46,792 nucleotides of DNA, taken from contig JAISXM010000017.1 of NCBI GenBank assembly GCA_031270515.1, positions 1-46,792 of the forward strand, given 5' to 3'. The notes beneath the pieces were generated by a model. It saw only the letters and a list, made by a program, of their open reading frames with translations, searched no databases and was not told the origin of the DNA. The stretch is from Holosporales bacterium. GTDB taxonomy: Bacteria; Pseudomonadota; Alphaproteobacteria; BNTO01. Position numbers and translations under genes: made by a program. Positions 41,342-46,792 of the stretch are shown here, one piece after another (positions within the stretch are counted from its first letter, which is position 1; each line of letters begins with the position of its first letter).

Positions 41342-42610
41342 ATGAATAAAAGAAGTTTTTTAACGATGAATATAATGTTTTGCTTGGCATCGTTATTCCC
41401 AGATGAAGTACTCGCTACACATTTAGATGCGAGCCAAATAAAACAGCAAATAGCAGATGGGGCGCCGCTACATGATTTCAACGAATGCATAGAAAGCGGC
41501 AAAAAAACAGATACTCCCATTGCGGTGTATTACCTAACCTATTCACCAGGGATGCCACAGACACAGGCCCCATGGTATAAGGAGCTCCAGCTCGCGTGTC
41601 GCAATGAAGATCCTGAGCCAACGCAGATTCGTACTGATATTGACGATCCTGTGACGACGCTTAGCCGTCATATGGCCGAAACCAAGCCGATATACAAAAC
41701 AGAAGAGCAGATTTTCTTTGCGCTCGACAATGGCTACTATAGTGTGGTGATTCGCGATGACAGTCTTTTGCCGGGCCAACAACCTTCAAAAACTATTGTA
41801 TTTTGTTACGGGAGAACATGGGGCGGCAGTTTTTTATCGAGACACTCAACCTTCGGCCAGTTAATATTGGGCTGCAATGTTTTATTGGAAAACTTAACTA
41901 TAGGTGGAAGAATCATAATCTCAAGACTTGGGTACGTTGTTTTTAAAAATTGCGAAATCAGGTCCACTATGGACGGCATTACGTCTATAGAATGCTTTAC
42001 AGTTGTTACCTTTGAACACTGCACACTAAAACACGGCCCACTGAGAGGCGAAATGCTATCAAGCTTGGTTACACTCTCGAAAGAGAGTGTTGGCTGTTTT
42101 AACAATTGCCGTTTTGAAGTAGATGATCAATATTGGTGTGTATCGGTGTTTGGTTTCTCTCTAGCAAAATTCAAAGGATGCACATGTGTAAGAACGGCGA
42201 ACCGTCAAATAGATGCACTGAACGGAGATGAGATTCTACCGTCGGGTCAGCCCTCACGAAAACCGGACGTACCGGAACAATGTGATAGAGGATTCGCAGT
42301 GTATGGAGCATCTGGTATTTTCCAATTTGAGGACTGCGATTTCTTACAAGATCCAGACGATCTCTCACAAAATCCAAACGTATGGCTTCGTGCATATCTT
42401 AGTTCAAACGTTTCTCTGCAAAATTGCAGGGGGTTCGGTTTGATAGTAGAGTCGGCCGAAGCTCATCTGCAAAATTGCGATAGATTCGGTTTGATAGTAC
42501 GCAAGCCTTATTATCATGTAAAGATTAAGGATTCCACAAAGATGCTTTTTTCTAATGTTAGATACCCAGTCATAGAAGAGTGTACACTTCGTAGTGCCGA
42601 AACTGTGTAG
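41342..42610 (+). CDS. Secreted protein (422 aa) with right-handed parallel beta-helix (PbH1-like) repeats
   Basis: AGGA lies about 9 nt upstream of the ATG. Signal peptide MNKRSFLTMNIMFCLASLFPDEVLA. The hallmark motif (hydrophobic-x-F/L-x-N/H/D/G-C-x-hydrophobic) recurs: VVFKNCEI, VTFEHCTL, GCFNNCRF, AKFKGCTC, FQFEDCDF, VSLQNCRG, AHLQNCDR, VIEECTL. Confidence 0.75.
   Translation: MNKRSFLTMNIMFCLASLFPDEVLATHLDASQIKQQIADGAPLHDFNECIESGKKTDTPIAVYYLTYSPGMPQTQAPWYKELQLACRNEDPEPTQIRTDIDDPVTTLSRHMAETKPIYKTEEQIFFALDNGYYSVVIRDDSLLPGQQPSKTIVFCYGRTWGGSFLSRHSTFGQLILGCNVLLENLTIGGRIIISRLGYVVFKNCEIRSTMDGITSIECFTVVTFEHCTLKHGPLRGEMLSSLVTLSKESVGCFNNCRFEVDDQYWCVSVFGFSLAKFKGCTCVRTANRQIDALNGDEILPSGQPSRKPDVPEQCDRGFAVYGASGIFQFEDCDFLQDPDDLSQNPNVWLRAYLSSNVSLQNCRGFGLIVESAEAHLQNCDRFGLIVRKPYYHVKIKDSTKMLFSNVRYPVIEECTLRSAETV
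42416..42517 (+). repeat. 51-bp tandem duplication (17 aa) inside the beta-helix gene
   Basis: ctgcaaaattgcagggggttcggtttgatagta (42416) and ctgcaaaattgcgatagattcggtttgatagta (42467). They encode LQNCRGFGLIVESAEAH and LQNCDRFGLIVRKPYYH. Confidence 0.85.
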
Positions 42611-42629
42611 GTTCACAAAGATGTGAACC
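42610..42629 (+). terminator. Hairpin at the stop codon of the beta-helix gene (candidate intrinsic terminator)
   Basis: ggttcaca-aaga-tgtgaacc is a perfect 8-bp stem with a 4-nt loop, followed by aaattt. The downstream U-tract is weak. Confidence 0.4.
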
Positions 42630-42816
42630 AAATTTGAGCCCATGAGACCGGCTAGTTGATGCTAGAAAACCGCTGTTATGATGGGGTAGTTTTTTAGAAA
42701 AAGACCTTTAAAGTTTTAATTGACGGCCAATTCATATCACAAACGTTTAAATTTGCAAAATGCCCGGGGACTGAGCCGTAACAAAAGCGCCCACACAGTC
42801 GCACCCCGCCGCATTT

Positions 42817-42839
42817 TGGTATATAGTCACCATATGGTG
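42817..42839 (+). promoter_or_regulatory. Candidate extended -10 promoter of ndk followed by a 12-bp perfect palindrome
   Basis: TGgTATATA at 42817-42825, about 34 nt upstream of the ndk ATG. The palindrome caccatatggtg at 42828-42839 lies immediately downstream. I found no convincing -35. Confidence 0.25.
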
Positions 42840-42858
42840 TTTTTGTTTTCGGAAAAAA

Positions 42859-43281
42859 ATGAGTATTCAACGAACTCTATCTATCATTAAGCCTGATGCT
42901 ACGCGCAGGAATTTAATTGGAAAAATTAATGCAAAAATCGAAGATGCGGGTCTGAGTATTATTGCCCAAAAGATGCTGTGCGTCACGCAGGCACAAGCAA
43001 AAGCGTTCTATCAAGTGCACGCAGAGCGTTCGTTTTACGAAGATTTGTGCAACAATATGGTCAAGGGGCCAATCGTCGCGCAAGTGTTGGAAGGGGAGGA
43101 CGCGATCCATCTATACCGGACGATCATGGGGGCGACGAACCCGAGCAACGCTGAGCCGGGAACAATCCGCCATGATTTTGGCGAGTCGATTGACTTGAAC
43201 TCTGTGCATGGATCGGATGCGCCGGAGACTGCAGCGCAAGAGATTTCGTTCTTTTTTAGCTTAATTGAGCTTTGTAAGTAA
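42859..43281 (+). CDS. ndk: Nucleoside diphosphate kinase
   Basis: 140 aa. Canonical Ndk blocks are present: [39 protein letters not shown] and the active-site NSVHGSD. Very similar in layout to Rickettsiales Ndk proteins as I recall them. Confidence 0.97.
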   Translation: MSIQRTLSIIKPDATRRNLIGKINAKIEDAGLSIIAQKMLCVTQAQAKAFYQVHAERSFYEDLCNNMVKGPIVAQVLEGEDAIHLYRTIMGATNPSNAEPGTIRHDFGESIDLNSVHGSDAPETAAQEISFFFSLIELCK

Positions 43282-43339
43282 CATCGCAGGGCAGGAGGAC
43301 GAGTGTCTACAGGGGGATCAGTTATAGATCCGGGTAGGG

Positions 43340-43364
43340 GGACGAATTTTTGAATAATTCGTCC
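43340..43364 (+). terminator. Hairpin in the ndk-pgsA spacer
   Basis: ggacgaatt-tttgaat-aattcgtcc, a 9-bp perfect stem 59 nt after the ndk stop. No T-tract, so it could be an attenuator or RNA-stability element rather than a terminator. Confidence 0.3.
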
Positions 43365-43412
43365 TATAAAGGACGCTCGAAAAGTAATAGTCTGAAGATT
43401 TGGTGTTTTTGT

Positions 43413-43997
43413 ATGAAACTTTTCCTCCGCTCCTCTCATTCGTTTTCGCGAAAACGTCGCGCAAGTGCAAACATCCCGAATATTCTGACTTTCCTTCGTA
43501 TTATAAGTGCCCCCTTCGTCTTATACTTTTGTTCAATTGATAAATATCTATACGCCGTTGCCTTGTTTTGGTTTGCCAGCGTTAGCGATTTTTTTGACGG
43601 TTTTCTTGCCCGTTATTTAAAATGCGAATCTCGCATGGGGCGCTTGTTAGACCCAGTCGCAGACAAAACATTAACTCTGTTTTCCTATTTAGCCATGCGC
43701 CACGAATACCCAGCGATCTTTGGGTTGGTGCTCGCGCGGGATATTGGAATTTTAGGCGCAATTGGTATTAGTGCAATATTTCGGCTTAATATCCGAATAT
43801 CTCCGCTTTTTATTGGTAAAGTAAATACAGCCTTTGTCCTATTATTTCCCTTTTTGTGGTTATGCGACAATGCTTGGTGCGGCTGCATGCCGAAATGTGT
43901 GTTGCTATATTTGAGCAAAATTATCATCGTTACGACAATTATTTCGGCTGCAGCATACGCCGTTGTTTTTGCTAAAAGCTGTACTAGGTCTCGCTAG
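43413..43997 (+). CDS. pgsA: CDP-diacylglycerol--glycerol-3-phosphate 3-phosphatidyltransferase (CDP-alcohol phosphatidyltransferase family)
   Basis: Exact CDP-alcohol phosphatidyltransferase signature DG(x2)AR(x8)G(x3)D(x3)D in DFFDGFLARYLKCESRMGRLLDPVADK. PgsA-type N-terminus IPNILTFLRIISAPFVLYF. The ORF track starts at TTG 43350, but that codon sits inside a 9-bp-stem hairpin (43340..43364). ATG 43413 gives a typical length of about 194 aa. Confidence 0.82.
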   Translation: MKLFLRSSHSFSRKRRASANIPNILTFLRIISAPFVLYFCSIDKYLYAVALFWFASVSDFFDGFLARYLKCESRMGRLLDPVADKTLTLFSYLAMRHEYPAIFGLVLARDIGILGAIGISAIFRLNIRISPLFIGKVNTAFVLLFPFLWLCDNAWCGCMPKCVLLYLSKIIIVTTIISAAAYAVVFAKSCTRSR

Positions 43998-44017
43998 TAA
44001 AAAATACATTTCAAGCT

Positions 44018-44050
44018 TGCGCTCCGAAACGACGCACTGATAAACTTTTT
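44018..44050 (+). repeat. Conserved intergenic motif, copy B
   Basis: tgcgctccgaaacgacgcactgataaacttttt. It matches copy A at 18/20 positions over the first 20 nt and lies 21 nt after the pgsA stop. Confidence 0.7.
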
Positions 44051-44073
44051 GTGTTTGGGTCTATTTAAAAAAT

Positions 44074-44093
44074 AAAAAAAGTGCACTTTTTTT
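44074..44093. promoter_or_regulatory. Perfect 20-bp palindrome A7-GTGCAC-T7
   Basis: aaaaaaagtgcacttttttt lies between pgsA and the 382-aa gene, about 10 nt upstream of a TATTAT box (44104-44109). It could be an operator, a weak bidirectional terminator, or a DNA-bending element. Confidence 0.3.
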
Positions 44094-44140
44094 CATAAAC
44101 GTGTATTATCGTCGCTGTGGGCTTTTGGCTAGGCTAACTT

Positions 44141-45289
44141 ATGGTGCTTTCTTCGGTTGATGCAATCACGTCAGCGTTTGGTTCATATCCGACGCAATTT
44201 TTCGACGACATGCTCAAGTATGGGGATGATTTTGCGCGCGATGTTTTGGAGCTCCACCAGTACCACTTATTCGACCCCATGGTTAGCGACCGTTCCTGCC
44301 AGCTCAGGGTCATTTGGATTGCTTGCTTTGCGCTCGAAAAACGCTGTCGTTCCCAAATGTCAGACGATGACTTGATCGTTTTTGGACTAAGCCGCTTCCT
44401 CACCGAGACGGCTTTTTTTGCAGACCATGAAATAATTGGGCACGTCCCGTTTCGTTCGAACGTAAAACTTTGGCCCAACGAATTGTCCAGCCTGGATAGT
44501 GCACGTCAGCGAAATTTGTTTTTTGGCTTGGCTAAGCAAATCGTTCAGGTCCGCGTATTACAGGACTTGTGCCGTTGGATGTCGGATGTGCCCCCCGGGT
44601 TGGTGCACGTGAACGGGCTATACCCGGTGCCATCGGAACTCGCCAAGCAAGAGCTGGTTGTGTTGTTTTCCCAGTTGCCAGAGTTTTCGTTTTCCGAGAT
44701 TCCAATTCCGCTGTTTCATTTTTTCCCTGGGCTGGTGGTTCTTGCTACGTTGGCGGCGGCATTTGACATCGTGGTTGCGGTGCTTTTGCGCAAAGCTGAG
44801 TCCATTTCGAGGGGGGAGTGGGGATGTTCGGCCCAAAAAATCTTTTACTTCAAGTACAATGCGCAGACCAAGCAGTTCGAAGTTTTTTCCCCAACAGAGT
44901 GCGATGCGGCGCGTCCCGTTGTCGTGTTTTCATCCCACTGTTGTGGCATAGATTCTGTTAATGCATCCGATGACTTTGTTGAGTCTTTGAATAATTTGTT
45001 TAACGTTAATGCCTCAATTTTTGACTATATATATGCGTCGGCGTCTACTCATGCGATGTTGACGGGCAACGATTTCGTCAACGAGAACGTCGACATCGAG
45101 GGCTCTCCTTCTTTGACTCAGTTGACTCGGCAATATTTGCAGCTGGCGAGAAAGACCGGTTTAGTTGTGCGAGACACGGGACCTCAGGTCGGGATGTTGT
45201 CCATGAAAAAGTTGGACCACATCACAGTGTTAGACACTCCATTTGAAATAACTCATGTTTTGTGTGCAGCACTTGGAAGTGAGGTTTGA
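44141..45289 (+). CDS. Hypothetical protein (382 aa) with one central hydrophobic segment
   Basis: ATG ORF. It has a single predicted TM-like stretch (FFPGLVVLATLAAAFDIVVAVLL) and no recognisable domain. HEIIGH is HExxxH, so it is not a zincin motif. Its stop TGA (45287-45289) lies 3 nt before the ATG of the next gene, which suggests an operon. Confidence 0.68.
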   Translation: MVLSSVDAITSAFGSYPTQFFDDMLKYGDDFARDVLELHQYHLFDPMVSDRSCQLRVIWIACFALEKRCRSQMSDDDLIVFGLSRFLTETAFFADHEIIGHVPFRSNVKLWPNELSSLDSARQRNLFFGLAKQIVQVRVLQDLCRWMSDVPPGLVHVNGLYPVPSELAKQELVVLFSQLPEFSFSEIPIPLFHFFPGLVVLATLAAAFDIVVAVLLRKAESISRGEWGCSAQKIFYFKYNAQTKQFEVFSPTECDAARPVVVFSSHCCGIDSVNASDDFVESLNNLFNVNASIFDYIYASASTHAMLTGNDFVNENVDIEGSPSLTQLTRQYLQLARKTGLVVRDTGPQVGMLSMKKLDHITVLDTPFEITHVLCAALGSEV

Positions 45290-45292
45290 TGA

Positions 45293-46585
45293 ATGTTTGC
45301 AACACTGAAAAATAAAATCACCGAATGCGGAGGAGAGCAATTCCTGTATTTCTCGGGAATATCTATCGCGTCGTACGCTGCCGCGAACGTATTGTTCCTC
45401 GGGTATTCCGTCTATGTCGCGTCAGGCATAATTGGCGCATTGCTTGTGTTCTTAATTTGCAGCTCCTTGCTTTATGCGGCGTCGCTTTCTTTGTTGCGGG
45501 TGTCCGTCCCTAGGAAGCTGACGTCGTTGGACCTGGTGTCCCACTATTTCGGGGCGCACGGGGCGCGGTTTTGTGCGCTTGTGCTTGCGTTGACGTTGCT
45601 GGGGTGGTTTTTGTGGCAGTTGAGCTTTTGTGTGCATTTCGTGCGGGATTACGCAATTGTGCGCATGCCAATATTTAAAGTGCTGTCCGAGGAGAAGCTG
45701 GGCGTTGCGCTTGGGTTGTTTTGTTGCGCGGTCGCGTGTTCGGACAAAGTCGGCCTTCGCATCGTCAGCGTATTGTTCGTTCCTGTTTTACTGTTTTTAT
45801 TGTGCTGCTTATTTTTCTTCCTCTCGTTTTACACGCCAACCCATCTGGCTGTACTGTCCACTATTGATTTTTCAACACTATCTATTTTGTTTGGAAGCTT
45901 AACCACGTTGATTATGTTTTCTCCAACATTCTTTAAGTCGGCCACATCCGTGGACATTGCTCGGCGCAGCATCAAGCTGACGTACCTCATTATTTTGCCC
46001 CTATTTTACGTGTCAGGCGTTTTTTTCGGCATGTTCTCTCCGTCAAACAATATTCTCAATATAGCGTACCTTCCGTCTGGGATTGGGCCGTTTGTGTTGA
46101 CTGCATTTGTGTTAATTTGCGGCATAAATATTTGTTCCACGAATTTACTTTACGGTGCTGACGTCATAACCCAAGTGACGTCGTCAAAAAGCAGAATGCC
46201 TGTCGTCTTCATGCTGAGTTCGGTCGGGGTCTTGTTTTACGGGCTGGTTAGCTCAAAAGTGAAGGCCGACATTGTGTACATCGAGTTTTTAGGAAGTTTA
46301 GTTATGGGCATGTTGTCCATTATCCTCACGAAGACGATTGCTAGCAATTTTCGCATAGACAAAGAGTCGCTGGAGCAGCAAAGGGGCAATTATTTGGCGC
46401 TGTTGGTGTCGTATGGAGTGGGTCTGTTTGTGTGGACGGGCGTGTTCCACATTACTGGGGTGCCGTTTTTTGATGTGGCGCTTAGCGCGTTTATCATGTG
46501 CTTGTATTACATGAGGTTCCCTCCTAAGCTGCGGATCTTTGACTGGATTAGGCATAAGGAGTGGGATCGGAGCAGTGTACACTGA
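45293..46585 (+). CDS. 12-TM inner-membrane permease, possibly NCS1/CodB-CytX-like (nucleobase/HMP-type) transporter
   Basis: 430 aa with about 12 hydrophobic helices. The segment GINICSTNLLYGADV resembles the NCS1/CodB TM8 motif (..TTN..NLYS..L). The family assignment comes from motif memory only. Confidence 0.75.
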   Translation: MFATLKNKITECGGEQFLYFSGISIASYAAANVLFLGYSVYVASGIIGALLVFLICSSLLYAASLSLLRVSVPRKLTSLDLVSHYFGAHGARFCALVLALTLLGWFLWQLSFCVHFVRDYAIVRMPIFKVLSEEKLGVALGLFCCAVACSDKVGLRIVSVLFVPVLLFLLCCLFFFLSFYTPTHLAVLSTIDFSTLSILFGSLTTLIMFSPTFFKSATSVDIARRSIKLTYLIILPLFYVSGVFFGMFSPSNNILNIAYLPSGIGPFVLTAFVLICGINICSTNLLYGADVITQVTSSKSRMPVVFMLSSVGVLFYGLVSSKVKADIVYIEFLGSLVMGMLSIILTKTIASNFRIDKESLEQQRGNYLALLVSYGVGLFVWTGVFHITGVPFFDVALSAFIMCLYYMRFPPKLRIFDWIRHKEWDRSSVH

Positions 46586-46599
46586 TACCCAAACACAAT

Positions 46600-46633
46600 A
46601 AGTTTATTCGTTCGTCGTTTCGTTTCTCGCGGG
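46600..46633 (-). repeat. Conserved intergenic motif, copy C (inverted)
   Basis: The reverse complement reads cccgcgagaaacgaaacgacgaacgaataaactt. It contains the exact 13-mer cgaaacgacgaac of copy A and the ataaactt tail of copy B. It lies 15 nt after the permease stop. Confidence 0.7.
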
Positions 46634-46792
46634 TGCCCATAAAAACAATTTGAACTTGGACCACGATAAAAACCTTAAACAGCAACGAAATTCAAATTGT
46701 TTGTTATGGGGAGCCGGTATACCTGCCCATAAAAACAATTTGAACGTGGAGCCCGATCTAGAGAAATAACGGCAACGAATTTCAAATTGTTT
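46634..46792. repeat. 90-bp tandem repeat (at least 1.8 units, cut by the window end); each unit is a long hairpin
   Basis: The units start with tgcccataaaaacaatttgaac at 46634 and 46724 (22/22 identical). Each unit has 12-bp perfect arms aaacaatttgaa / ttcaaattgttt (46643-54 with 46691-702; 46733-44 with 46781-92). Confidence 0.85.

Noticed and set aside
43350-43412. TTG start at 43350 extending pgsA by 21 codons
   Set aside because: The TTG lies in the loop of the 43340-43364 hairpin. The extension (NNSSYKGRSKSNSLKIWCFC) is not PgsA-like, and ATG 43413 gives the canonical length.
44400-44440. Zinc-metalloprotease HExxH motif in the 382-aa protein (HEIIGH)
   Set aside because: The spacing is HExxxH, not HExxH, and there is no downstream third ligand motif.
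46634-46792. CRISPR array
   Set aside because: There are only two 90-bp units, and the non-identical parts are homologous to each other (about 75-80% identity) rather than unique spacers. Each unit is a long hairpin, and there are no cas genes in the window.
1-46792. Mobile-element hallmarks (transposase, integrase, phage genes, tRNA-flanked island boundaries)
   Set aside because: No ORF has recognisable DDE, tyrosine-recombinase or serine-recombinase motifs, and no tRNA is present. The only mobile-like signals are the small inverted-repeat elements reported separately.

Overview
About 73% of this 46.8-kb window is two giant ORFs on the + strand. (1) 1..11487 is a 5'-truncated protein of at least 3,807 aa. 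It is G/T/N/S-rich, carries many autotransporter-associated beta-strand (PATR-type) repeats and nested large internal duplications, and has no C-terminal beta-barrel. (2) 17472..40196 is a single 22.7-kb ORF of 7,574 aa. It has a Sec-type signal peptide, a helix-type composition, no domain I can recognise, and a recurring CxxC / CC cysteine module that becomes roughly 240-aa periodic in the C-terminal fifth. Between and after the giants are four smaller orphan proteins. Three have clear signal peptides (717 aa, about 203 aa, 422 aa); the 422-aa one looks like a parallel beta-helix. The fourth is a 660-aa acidic tandem-repeat protein containing a G9 homopolymer. The window also holds recognisable housekeeping genes: an AI-2E family permease, ndk, pgsA, and a 12-TM NCS1/CodB-like permease that is translationally coupled to an unknown 382-aa protein. 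Intergenic DNA carries a repeated roughly 30-nt motif (3 copies, both orientations) and a family of hairpin-forming repeats, including a 90-bp tandem repeat cut by the window end. I found no rRNA, tRNA, CRISPR array, transposase or integrase. The Ndk sequence, weak Shine-Dalgarno usage and giant orphan ORFs suggest an obligate intracellular alphaproteobacterium (Rickettsiales/Anaplasmataceae-like). That is my impression, not a search result. The best candidate for something undescribed is the giant secreted-protein locus, above all the 7,574-aa cysteine-module protein and the barrel-less PATR giant.
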